Shown here in pieces: positions 51,124 through 61,267 of a stretch of 64,000 nucleotides of DNA. The notes beneath the pieces were generated by a model. The model was not told the origin of the DNA. It was given only the letters and a program-made list of their open reading frames with translations, and made no database searches. How positions within the stretch are numbered: position 1 is the stretch's first letter; each line of letters starts with the position of its first letter. The position numbers were made by a program, and so were the translations under genes. This DNA is from Cyanobacteriota bacterium (lineage in GTDB: Bacteria; Cyanobacteriota; Cyanobacteriia; Cyanobacteriales; Nostocaceae): NCBI GenBank assembly GCA_046045965.1, contig JBJOKS010000011.1, positions 1 through 64,000 of the forward strand, written 5' to 3'.

Positions 51124-52791
51124 CTAAGCCTCAATTTTCACTCGTCCTACTGGAGAAGCAAGACAAGCGAGAATATAGCCTTCTTCTTGCTCATTCTCAT
51201 CCAAGGCATCCGGTGTGCCATCATACTTCACATCTCCTTCCAACTTCCGCACTTTACAACTACCGCAAACTCCACTGCGACAGCTACTATCAATCTCAAC
51301 TCCTTCTTGTTCAGCTAGATCCAGAATCGATTCTGTGCCATCGCAGGTGATTTCTTTGCCGGATTTGGTAAATACCACAGTCAAAGAGCCTGGTGTTTTC
51401 ACGGACTCTGGAACCGAGGTTGAAATTACTGACTTTGGAACCGGGGTTTGAATTTTTGTAACTTCCTCAGTGATTGTTGGAGTTGGTGGAGAAGGAGTAA
51501 CGGTAGGTTTGGGAGCGGATGGCTGTGGTTTGGACTTTTTCGCGCCGCCAAAACTTTCTTCATAGTAGTTTTGCATGGGGAATCCAATTTGCTCCAGCAT
51601 GGTTTTCACACCTTGCATAAAACTATTGGGTCCGCAAACATAGACTGTACGCTGCCAAAAATCAGGAGCGATCTCATAGAGCATTTGTTCGGTAAGTCTG
51701 CCGATAAAGCCATACCAAGCTTGGCCAGGTTCTGGTCTGGTAATGGCTATTGCCAGACGAAATTTAGGCTGGTGACTAGATATTAACTCTAGTTCCTGAC
51801 GGCAAATAATATCACGAGGACTGCGAGCAGAATGGAAAAAGACAATATCGCAATCAGAAGCAGTATCCATCATCCATCGGGACATTGATATCATCGGTGT
51901 AATACCACTCCCAGCAGAAATAAATAGAAGTTTTTGGCTAGGGTTGGCAAAACAAGTGAATTTTCCCAATGGTCCGCTGACCTTGATTTCTTGACCAACT
52001 CTGAGATTGTCGTGCAACCAGTTAGAAACCAAACCTGGCGGTGCATCCACAGTATCTGGTGGAGCAGGAACACGCTTAACTGTAATTTCTAAAGTATGGG
52101 GACGTGAAGGTGTGGAAGAGATTGAGTAAGAGCGTTTAACTGGTTTATCGTTGATTTTTAGGTTCAGCGTAATAAACTGACCTGGTTGGTAGGTAAATAA
52201 TACTGGTGGGTCAGCAACAAAGCGAAATGTCTTCACATCGTCTGTTTCGTCAATTATTGCTACACAACGAACCATCAAATCACCTTTTTGCCAGTGACTG
52301 ATCTGATCTGGTGGCACAAGTGCAAGGGGCATATACTCACTGGGTGAACGAGTTGGTTCACCTGCTTGCTGACTCACCTGGGGAATAGGAATGGTTCGAG
52401 CAGCCTGTGGAGGATTTGATGTTTGACTGGGGACTGTTTGCTGTTGTTTAACCTTTCCATTATCTGTTGCTAATCGAGGCGCTTCAACAATAAGAATAAA
52501 TTCGCCAATCCGAATAATGTCATCTTTTTTTAGGAGATATTTTTGGTTTAGCTCCGCTACTTGGTCATTGATGCGAGAGCCACTGAGACTAGCAAGGTCA
52601 GAGAAGTAATATTCCCCTTCTTCATAGCGGATACTGCTGTGAACTCGACTAACTTCAACACTGGGCAGAACTATACCACAATTACGGGAGCGACCAATAA
52701 AACACTCGCCATTGATCATCTCTTCTGGCGATATATCTATCTGTTTGATCTCTGTGGGTATTTTTGAGTTTAACAGTTTGATTTTGAGCAT
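51124..52791 (-). CDS. FHA + FAD/NAD(P)H-binding reductase + 2Fe-2S ferredoxin fusion
   Basis: FHA (IGRS..C..VSRVHS), RSYSISS, GLVSNWL, AGSGITP, VCGP, and CRSGVCGSC..C. Confidence 0.9.
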   Translation of the reverse strand: MLKIKLLNSKIPTEIKQIDISPEEMINGECFIGRSRNCGIVLPSVEVSRVHSSIRYEEGEYYFSDLASLSGSRINDQVAELNQKYLLKKDDIIRIGEFILIVEAPRLATDNGKVKQQQTVPSQTSNPPQAARTIPIPQVSQQAGEPTRSPSEYMPLALVPPDQISHWQKGDLMVRCVAIIDETDDVKTFRFVADPPVLFTYQPGQFITLNLKINDKPVKRSYSISSTPSRPHTLEITVKRVPAPPDTVDAPPGLVSNWLHDNLRVGQEIKVSGPLGKFTCFANPSQKLLFISAGSGITPMISMSRWMMDTASDCDIVFFHSARSPRDIICRQELELISSHQPKFRLAIAITRPEPGQAWYGFIGRLTEQMLYEIAPDFWQRTVYVCGPNSFMQGVKTMLEQIGFPMQNYYEESFGGAKKSKPQPSAPKPTVTPSPPTPTITEEVTKIQTPVPKSVISTSVPESVKTPGSLTVVFTKSGKEITCDGTESILDLAEQEGVEIDSSCRSGVCGSCKVRKLEGDVKYDGTPDALDENEQEEGYILACLASPVGRVKIEA

Positions 52792-52899
52792 ATTGACAAT
52801 AATTTCTGAGTTTCAATTGCTAAATTACCGGGTAAGGAGTGAGGAGTTATTGTCTTTGTTATTGGAGGATGAACGGATCTCCTCATCCCCCTAGCTTCC

Positions 52900-55800
52900 T
52901 CACTTTTTACTTTCTTTAACTTTTGCGGTTAACCTTTGCAGGCGAGCCATTGTTGTCAGTAACAAACTCTTTAATACTTCCGAATCATTGCGTGATACTG
53001 TCTCAAAATCCTTGGCATCAATGACCAAAACTCGATTTGTTTCTGCTTTGGCAATTACATTTGCCGATCGCGGTTGCCGTCTCATTACACCCATTTCACC
53101 GATGGTTTCACCTGATTCAATGGTGTTGATGACAACCTCTGTAGCTCCTTGCAGAACTGTTGCCTCAGCTTCTCCATTGATCAACAGTAGAATTTCATTG
53201 GATGGTTCTCCAGCCCTATATATAGTTTCTCTTTGAGAGTAAACCCGAATCTCGGCTTTGCGAGCTAGTTCTATCAAGGCTTCCGGTTTTACTGAGCGGA
53301 AAGAATTGTTTTCCAACATCAATAAAAGTTTATCCAGAGTGCTGAAAGTTTCTTTTGGTGATTCTGACTGTAATGCTGGCCGCTTTGTCCAACTCACAGC
53401 TATACTGGGTTCGTCCGCTGGGCTAACCCGAATCACATCTCCTTGTTGGAGACGCACGGTATTATTTTGTAATCGTTTATCATTAATACGTAACCCGTAG
53501 GTACTATTTAATGCTGTCAAACCAAGTCCTTGTTCATCAACATGGAATATGGCGTGACATTGCGATACTTTGGCATTAGCTAAAACAATATCATTTGCAC
53601 AATTACGTCCCACTTGGACAACTGATTGCTGAAATACAAATTCTTGTGTTGTTTCCCCTACTTTTACTTGAGCGATGAGAGTTGGCAACAAAGTGGCCAT
53701 CGGTCCTTTATCCAGACCCAGGATTTTTTCCACTGTCTCCTGGACTAGCCAATCTTTGATTTTTGCAGAGTTGAGTAACTGGAGTGCTTGTTCGTGTCCT
53801 TGTTCTGGATCTAGTTGATCCAAAGCATAAAGTGCGGCAGCTTGGATGAGTGGTTCTAGCTCTTGCAAAAGTTCCTTGAGAATCTCAATCACAAAGGGCT
53901 GAGTATTAGCTGATATTACATTTGGTGTTTGTTGACCAGCAACAAATATTTGCGTCGGTACTTCGTCATCAATTATCTGTGATTGAGTATCAAAAGCTAC
54001 GGTTACTTCTGATTTATCGGGTTGTAGAAGTGCGATCACTTCCTCACCAATTCTCTGTTGCCATCGCAAACTACTATTAACTTCATTCAGGATATTTGGC
54101 AATACATTTTCTGCCAGTATCCCAATAGCACTAGCAAGTTTTGCTGCATCAGGTGATTCTCCCAAAACTTCCAGAATACACAACAATTGTTTGGTGATAA
54201 TTAGTTGTTTATTCTCAATAGCAACTAATCGCAACAAGGCAAAAACAGATGCTTGCTGAGTTGGAAAATTACTTAAGACTTGATAGCGGACAATCAGATC
54301 CTTTAACTGTGTGAGTAGTACCTCTGCTTTGCGAAGAATCACACTGTTTTCATTATTCATTTGGGATAAAATTTGTGCTTCTTCATCGGTTGTAATTCCA
54401 TACTCTTGTCTTATGACTTGAATTTGCTTGTCTTTGCGCTGGAGTGCTTGATCCAATGGAACTCCCATCTCGATCAAATCTAACAGTTGTTGTTCTAGAG
54501 CTTGCTGATAGCTTTCAATTCTTAACTGGTTTTCCCGGCTTCTACGTTTATTCGGATCTAATAAATCTGGGCTTTCTACTCCCAATTCTGTCAATATACT
54601 GTAGTGTTCTTCATCTTTAAGTCCCAATTCCAAACGGATATACTTAAGTTCTTCTAAGCTACTTGCTGGCTCTATATTTCCTTGCTCTAATTCCTCGCGC
54701 AGCAATCCTTTGTACACTTGAAAGCTGGATTCTTTACTAAAACTGGGTAGCACTTTAGCCAGAACATAGACTTCATCAGGTTTTAGGTTCTGTACTGATC
54801 GACCTTCTAGGAATTTAGATAAATCAATTGTTAATTTAGCCAATTGTCGGCGCAGAGTTTCCGCCAAACTTTCCCTTGAATAAGTTTCAGAACTGCGGTC
54901 AATAGTTCTGTACACCCACAGGGTGCTGACTAGGATGACTAACGCATTAAACCCTAATTCTATAATTTGTGGTAAATCTTTGAGTATGGGACGGCCAGCA
55001 AATATGAAATAAAAGTTGAATACTACAAAGGTACAGATTGTAAACATGGTGTGCTGTACCTGTTGTTTGACCTGTTGTTTACTGAGAGATTTATTAGTCC
55101 TTATGCGATAAGCTCTATATGCTTTTTCCACCTTACATAACAGAAAATAGCTTGCTGCTACAAAAGTTCCAATAGTCAGTGGAACAGCAAATAATTTGGG
55201 AATGGGAATTGGCTGACCAAAAATATAAAATCCTGGATTTAATAGAGTCTCTAACTGATTTTCTTCGTGACTCCAAACTCCAGAGAAGTAATAATCAAGA
55301 TTTCCAGAATACAGAAAGTAGTAAAGATAAAAGCCTATTACTAGTCCCAAATAGCCATATTGCACGAATCTGCGACCTGGTTTGTTTAACATTTCCCAGT
55401 AAGACCGTTCTGCATCAATGTCAATGCAAGGAGATTGGCAGCTAACACAGGCACTTTTTTCGTTACCATCTTTATCTGATGTCCGACACATAGACTGGGT
55501 AACAATTTGTTTCTGACCTTGGTGAGCTTCACTTCCTAATAATGCCCTTGGACCGTTATAGACTATCTGCACGGGAGCCATAGGACAGAAATATTGACAC
55601 CAGCTTTTACCTGCAAACAGATAACCTACCAATATTGCTGATAGAATGGTGAGGATGATAAAAGAGCCTAGCAACAGGCGTTCAGAATTAACAAATAGAA
55701 TTCGCAAGCACAGACCAAGGCAAAGAAACCCAAATTGGAAGTATAGATGATTACGACCAAGCCAAGAATCTTTTGCTACCTTAGCAAGTTCATAGCGCAC

Positions 55801-56199
55801 TGCTCCTGTGCGGGGATTGGTAACTTTACGTTGACGTTGCTTGCCTAATGCTCTAGGAATTTGTGAGATAAAAGATAAGGGGCAGATACGCCGCCATGTT
55901 TCATGTCCTAAAACGAGGAGAATCATTACTCCACAGGGAATGATAATTCCCCAAAAAATTTTGGCTGCTAATGCAAAAGGTTTAACATCAACACACTTTC
56001 CCTGAACTGTGACAACCTCTTTGCATTTCGTCGGGTCTAATAGATCCGGGTTGAGGCGAAAAATACTCCATTCAGTAGAAGGCTGGGTTAGATATGGTGA
56101 AATAGGGTCGTAAAACAACGACACAATCAGTATAATCCAACCAATAACGAGCAGCCATCTAACAAAATGCATTTGTTTTTCCGGGACTCGATGAAACAT
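52900..56199 (-). CDS. Multi-TM 4Fe-4S (NapH/Fer4_5-like) + HEAT-like + FHA + cyclic nucleotide-binding protein
   Basis: WRRICP, WCQYFCP and CVSCQSPC motifs, TM helices, an FHA domain (VGR..ANDIVL...VS..HA) and a cNMP domain (GETIGEMG...PRSANV). Confidence 0.88.
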   Translation of the reverse strand: MFHRVPEKQMHFVRWLLVIGWIILIVSLFYDPISPYLTQPSTEWSIFRLNPDLLDPTKCKEVVTVQGKCVDVKPFALAAKIFWGIIIPCGVMILLVLGHETWRRICPLSFISQIPRALGKQRQRKVTNPRTGAVRYELAKVAKDSWLGRNHLYFQFGFLCLGLCLRILFVNSERLLLGSFIILTILSAILVGYLFAGKSWCQYFCPMAPVQIVYNGPRALLGSEAHQGQKQIVTQSMCRTSDKDGNEKSACVSCQSPCIDIDAERSYWEMLNKPGRRFVQYGYLGLVIGFYLYYFLYSGNLDYYFSGVWSHEENQLETLLNPGFYIFGQPIPIPKLFAVPLTIGTFVAASYFLLCKVEKAYRAYRIRTNKSLSKQQVKQQVQHTMFTICTFVVFNFYFIFAGRPILKDLPQIIELGFNALVILVSTLWVYRTIDRSSETYSRESLAETLRRQLAKLTIDLSKFLEGRSVQNLKPDEVYVLAKVLPSFSKESSFQVYKGLLREELEQGNIEPASSLEELKYIRLELGLKDEEHYSILTELGVESPDLLDPNKRRSRENQLRIESYQQALEQQLLDLIEMGVPLDQALQRKDKQIQVIRQEYGITTDEEAQILSQMNNENSVILRKAEVLLTQLKDLIVRYQVLSNFPTQQASVFALLRLVAIENKQLIITKQLLCILEVLGESPDAAKLASAIGILAENVLPNILNEVNSSLRWQQRIGEEVIALLQPDKSEVTVAFDTQSQIIDDEVPTQIFVAGQQTPNVISANTQPFVIEILKELLQELEPLIQAAALYALDQLDPEQGHEQALQLLNSAKIKDWLVQETVEKILGLDKGPMATLLPTLIAQVKVGETTQEFVFQQSVVQVGRNCANDIVLANAKVSQCHAIFHVDEQGLGLTALNSTYGLRINDKRLQNNTVRLQQGDVIRVSPADEPSIAVSWTKRPALQSESPKETFSTLDKLLLMLENNSFRSVKPEALIELARKAEIRVYSQRETIYRAGEPSNEILLLINGEAEATVLQGATEVVINTIESGETIGEMGVMRRQPRSANVIAKAETNRVLVIDAKDFETVSRNDSEVLKSLLLTTMARLQRLTAKVKESKK

Positions 56200-56820
56200 A
56201 GCAGTGATCCTGATTATTCTTTATAGTTAGAGAAATTTACTCGATTTTTTTGACCGAGTTCGGTTGGTGATGTCTTCGTTGTTATTGTATCAGGGGTATA
56301 GCAAATTTGCCTAAAAGATTTTGCGATGTGGCGTGCAATGCTGATCCTGAATGCTTTTTAAGGACAACGTATGTGCCTGGATTTTTCACAAATTCTCAAA
56401 AACAGGGGTCAACAACCTGACATGGAAGCACTAGAGGACTCTTTTTGATTCCAGGGAAGAAAAATGAGAATTTACACATTGACAATTAACGTGATTTTTC
56501 GATGATTTGTGAATGATTACCCTGACACAAATCTCTTCCCAATCGTCAGTAATATTACAACAGAAGCAGTCAGTAATGAAACCTTCTTGGTATTATTATT
56601 AACGGTGACCAATAAAGAAAGCTGACAAAAGGCCTGTAGAGCAGGAAATGAGTTGTTGAACATAAAAGAAGCGATCGCAGTTCCGTTGTAGTTGTGCGAT
56701 CGCCCTAATTAATTGACACCTAGCCAAAGGAATCAATTTAAAAGATTATATTTCTCATCCTACGAATATGGGGTGCAGTGTTATCCCCATCAGGTGTTTT
56801 ACCCCACATTTAAAATTTAA

Positions 56821-57100
56821 CTAAAATTTAACAACTACTTTGCCGCAACTTTGACCACTTAGCAAGTATTCCACTGCATTGGGGATAGATTCTAAACCAT
56901 TAAATTCTCCTGGGTCAATGGCAACTTTAATCTTACCAGTATAGAACAGATTGAGAAGGCGATCGCGTGCCTCTGGGATATATTCTTGATAATGTGGCAT
57001 CAAAAAACCACGCACAGAAGCAGCTTTCCCAAATAATTGGTGATAAATGCGGGTAGAGTTAATTAGTTCGGGAATTTTCGCATATTCAGAAATAAAACTC
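56821..57100 (-). pseudogene. C-terminal remnant of MDR-family (zinc-binding/quinone) oxidoreductase
   Basis: FISEY...KAASVRGFLM...F.GLESIP.AVEYL.SG.S.GKVVVKF. The N-terminal part is missing. Confidence 0.7.
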
Positions 57101-57300
57101 TTGTGGTGTGGGTATCTTGTCCGCTAGATGTGTACCTGATAACAACAGAAAGTGCTGTAAGTAATCTTCAGCAATGTTCGATAAAATGAAAATACTGGAT
57201 ATTGCTATTGATTTTATTTGAAAAAACCCATCAACTTGTCTAATAAACCACGTATAAAGCTCATAAACCAAGGTTGAGGTAATTGTTCCACTGAATGTAA

Positions 57301-58689
57301 TTATACAAGTCTACGTTTAACTTCCTCTGCTAAATCTACTAAAGCCACCTCTACTTGTTCACCTGATTTCAAATCCTTCAATGATGATTTTTCTGCTGCT
57401 GCTTCATCAGCACCAATAATTACACAAAATTGAATTCCTTGTTTATCTGCGGCTTGAAATTGTTTACCCAAAGGACGTTTTTCAAAATTAGTCACCACAT
57501 TAATTCCCGCTTGGCGTAATTGTTGTGATACCTTTAAATAAACAGGCATTAAATCATCTTGCATATTTACTACTACAACTTGCGTAGGTGTAGCAGATAA
57601 AGTATTGAGAATACCTGCTTTTAATAAACGACTAATTAACCGAGTTAAACCGATAGAAATGCCCACACCTGGCATTTTTTCACCTAAAAACATTCCCACT
57701 AATTCTTCATATCTGCCACCAGAACAGATACTACCCAAGGCTTCATGTCCAATTAAAGTGGTTTCGTAAACTGTGCCAGTATAGTAATTTAACCCACGAG
57801 CGATAGATAAATCAATACAGAAACTTTTATCAGCAACTCCTAAATCTCTTACGCCATTAATTACGGTTTCTAATTCACTAACTCCTAGATTAAATTCCTC
57901 GGCTGATGGTAAATTCAGAGCTAGATATTTGAGTTTATCTAAAACATCATCAACGCTACCATCAATTTTAATAAATTCAATTATTTTCTCTGTTTGCTCT
58001 GAAGAAATACCTTCTTTTTCTAGTTCTAATTTAACTTTCGCTTCGCCAATTTTTTCCAAATTATCAATAATGCCTATACAGGCTTTAATTTGGTTTTCAG
58101 CCACTCCTACCGACTGAAAGAAACCTGTGAGAATTTTGCGGTTATTGATGCGAATGACAAAATCACCAATATTAATTGCTGCAAATATTTCGGTAATAAT
58201 TGCTGGCATTTGGGCATCATATAATAAACTGAGTTTACCACGAGCAACAACATCAATATCACATTGACGAAATTGCCGAAAGCGTCCATCTTTTGCCCGT
58301 TCTCCGCGAAATACCATATCCATTTGATAACGAGCAAAGGGAAAGGTTAATTCATTTAAATGACGGGCAATATAAGCAGCGAAAGGAACAGTTTGATCAA
58401 ATTTTAAAGCTCTGGCTTCCGAACCAGTTTCGCCAGATTTATCCTTTTCTGCTTGGCGATTTGGTGGTAAAATTGGGTCAATCCCATATATTATGTTATC
58501 GCCTTGATTTCCCTTGGCTTGCAATACTTCTAACCGTTCTACGGCTGGGGTTTCAATGGGTGTAAAACCATAACTTTCAAATACACGACGGATGATATCT
58601 AATAAATATACTTCTAACCGTTTTTCGCTGGGCAGAAATTCGGGAAAACCGCTAGGGGTAGAAAAGTTGATTTTGTCACTTTTGGCCAT
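57301..58689 (-). CDS. hisS: Histidine--tRNA ligase
   Basis: FRGER...GRFRQFRQCDID, ARGLNYYTG, GGRYE and GISIGLTR. Confidence 0.96.
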   Translation of the reverse strand: MAKSDKINFSTPSGFPEFLPSEKRLEVYLLDIIRRVFESYGFTPIETPAVERLEVLQAKGNQGDNIIYGIDPILPPNRQAEKDKSGETGSEARALKFDQTVPFAAYIARHLNELTFPFARYQMDMVFRGERAKDGRFRQFRQCDIDVVARGKLSLLYDAQMPAIITEIFAAINIGDFVIRINNRKILTGFFQSVGVAENQIKACIGIIDNLEKIGEAKVKLELEKEGISSEQTEKIIEFIKIDGSVDDVLDKLKYLALNLPSAEEFNLGVSELETVINGVRDLGVADKSFCIDLSIARGLNYYTGTVYETTLIGHEALGSICSGGRYEELVGMFLGEKMPGVGISIGLTRLISRLLKAGILNTLSATPTQVVVVNMQDDLMPVYLKVSQQLRQAGINVVTNFEKRPLGKQFQAADKQGIQFCVIIGADEAAAEKSSLKDLKSGEQVEVALVDLAEEVKRRLV

Positions 58690-58733
58690 GCTTTTACCTT
58701 GTCGAGTTATTAATTATAATTAATAATTATAAG

Positions 58734-60122
58734 CTATTCACAAATTTGTAAGATTACCAATGTCATATCATCATTGTTTTGCCTATCAGGACCGATGAAT
58801 TCCTGAACTTTATCAAACAAATAATCGACAATTTCCTGTGGTCCATTGCAATAACGACAAGCAGTATTAAATGAAGTCACAAAATTATCTTCATCAAAGC
58901 GATCGCCACTAGCCGCTGCCGCATCTGTCAAACCATCTGTATAGTAAACAACCGTATCTCCTGGTTCTAATTGTACTTGCCCATCTTCATATTGACTATT
59001 AGCATCCAAACCAATCAACATCCCTAAAGTATCCAATCTGCTCACAGTTTTAGTCGCAGCGTGCCACCACAAAGGCGGATTATGTGCAGCATTACTATAA
59101 GATAAAACTCGCGTTTTCGGGTCATATTCTGAATAAAACATGGTGACAAAGCGGTGGGAATTTTCCAAATCCGCATACATAACTCGATTCAAATTTTGCA
59201 GAATCCCTGCTGCGGAATTACCATGTAATACTTCACCTCTGAGCATTCCCCGCAACATTGTCATAATTAAACCAGCAGGAACACCTTTACCCATGACATC
59301 GCCAATTACCAAAGCCCAACGGGTATCTTCAGCACTACGCTTATTACTTAGCTGTAACTGATTATGATTTGTGGGAATAAAATCATAATAATCTCCACCC
59401 ACACGATTAGCAGGTTTACAACGTGCGGCTAAAACTGCACCAGGAACACTAGGACATTGACGCGGTAAAAGTCGGCGTTGAATTTCTGCGCCAATTTCTA
59501 ATTCTTGATCTAAGCGTTCTTTTTTTCTCAGTTCTACTGCTAGTTCATCGTTTTCAATGGCTACGGCTGTTTGATCTGCAACTAACCTGACTAACTTTTG
59601 TCTAGTTTCTGTCCAACTATATTCTGGATCACGGCTTAAAACATAAAGCCATCCCCGTTCTGTATGCTTAACTAAAATTGCCGTGCCAAAAATCTGTACA
59701 TCTGGACCCAAATAGCGGTGCATCTGATCATCTAAAATTCCTGTGGTTGCTGTTAGCGGCACAGAATTGGGTAAAAGTGTGATTTGACTGCTGGCAGTTT
59801 CTAGGGCTTTGCGGATATTTTTCCGTTGTTGGCTATCTTGCCAATGTAGCTGCTCTAATCTAATTTGACCATTGGGTTTATAGAGAAATAAGGCGCTACC
59901 ATCAGCATCAGTAACTCTGGTGGCCATGAGTGGAATCAGTTCTAAAAACTGGTTCAAATTATTGAAGCTTCTCAGGGCAAATCCTAAAGAACTGAGCAAA
60001 TCTTGAATTTTGTTCTGTTCCCGATTTAGCCTAGCCACAAGTTCTTTCAGTGCCACAACTGGAGTGACATCTGTGGTGGCACTACTATTAATTTCCGTGG
60101 AGTGAGAAGGAACTTGAGACAC
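58734..60122 (-). CDS. GAF + PP2C/SpoIIE (RsbU-like) phosphatase
   Basis: VGGDYYD, GDVMGKG, YTDGLTD and DDMT. Confidence 0.92.
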   Translation of the reverse strand: MSQVPSHSTEINSSATTDVTPVVALKELVARLNREQNKIQDLLSSLGFALRSFNNLNQFLELIPLMATRVTDADGSALFLYKPNGQIRLEQLHWQDSQQRKNIRKALETASSQITLLPNSVPLTATTGILDDQMHRYLGPDVQIFGTAILVKHTERGWLYVLSRDPEYSWTETRQKLVRLVADQTAVAIENDELAVELRKKERLDQELEIGAEIQRRLLPRQCPSVPGAVLAARCKPANRVGGDYYDFIPTNHNQLQLSNKRSAEDTRWALVIGDVMGKGVPAGLIMTMLRGMLRGEVLHGNSAAGILQNLNRVMYADLENSHRFVTMFYSEYDPKTRVLSYSNAAHNPPLWWHAATKTVSRLDTLGMLIGLDANSQYEDGQVQLEPGDTVVYYTDGLTDAAAASGDRFDEDNFVTSFNTACRYCNGPQEIVDYLFDKVQEFIGPDRQNNDDMTLVILQICE

Positions 60123-61082
60123 AGGTAAATATACTATTGCATTGGATATTAACAGATGGCAGATTTATGATTTATGATCAATCCTTTTTGTTGGGTCTTG
60201 CTCAATCATATTCGACAAGATTAGTCATTTTAGCAAGAGTAGAAAGACTGAGGATGTAATTTTGAGCAGTATTGCATTTGCTGATGGTATTTTTTGTCAT
60301 TTATGAGGAATTTCCTGTTATGTATTTGTTCAGTTAACCGTCAATTAACCCTGTCCAGTATAAAACAGTAATTTTATTAACGCTACAAACGGCTTACAAT
60401 TTTTTCATGACTGAATTACTAATTCATATATCTTGGGAAATAAAGCTTTATGGTTATCGGAGCTATCTCTTACACCTATTGAGTAAGTCTTGAGAGTTTT
60501 TGATGAATGGATTTTGGACTGGGTTGTTAATCAGGTTGTTCCTACTGCTGTTAGGGAAAAAAGATTTATCATGATACCTGTAAAGGCAAAATTGCAAATT
60601 ATAAATTGTAAACATTTAACTGGTATAGCATAAATTTCTTGAATATTTACTCAGAGATAAATTTTCTCTCTTCAGTTTATGAGCTAGGAGATTTTTAATG
60701 GCTGAAGATTCAATTTAGTTCACACCGAAAATATCTAGAATCTATGTAAATAGAACCTAGATGAAGCTTACTCTGCCATATTTAAACCAAAACTTATATA
60801 GGGTGTTGTGGTTTAACCATGATAATTTGAATCTCTAAATGGTTGACAGAGAGTATTTATGAGTAATTTTGCTTATGGAACCTGATAACCAAGACAGGAG
60901 TATTTAGCCAGTTCATTGACACTGATCAAATGGTTGGTAAATACCTTTTACATTAATCAAGTCACCTTGGTTCTGTATGAGATAAACCCCTTGGACAGTG
61001 ATAAAGATGGCTTTAGTGTGAAATTCTACCAGAAGTTAGCCATTTTTTGTAAAAAAAAAGAATTATTTTTATTTTTAGGAGG

Positions 61083-61267
61083 CTGGGGACTGGGGACTGG
61101 GGACTGGGGACTGGGAAGAAAGTAGGGGGAGCAGGGGGAGCAGGGGGAGCAGGGGGAGAATATTAACTTTTACTTTTGCCTCTTGCATGAGTGCCTTTTG
61201 CCTTCTGTTCCCTGTTAAGAGTTCCCTTCTTTCCCAATTACCAATTACCAATTACCAATTACCAATT
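61083..61267. repeat. STRR cluster (gactggg, gcagggg(g)a, ccaatta arrays)
   Basis: Several adjacent tandem short repeats downstream of ftsY. Confidence 0.9.
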
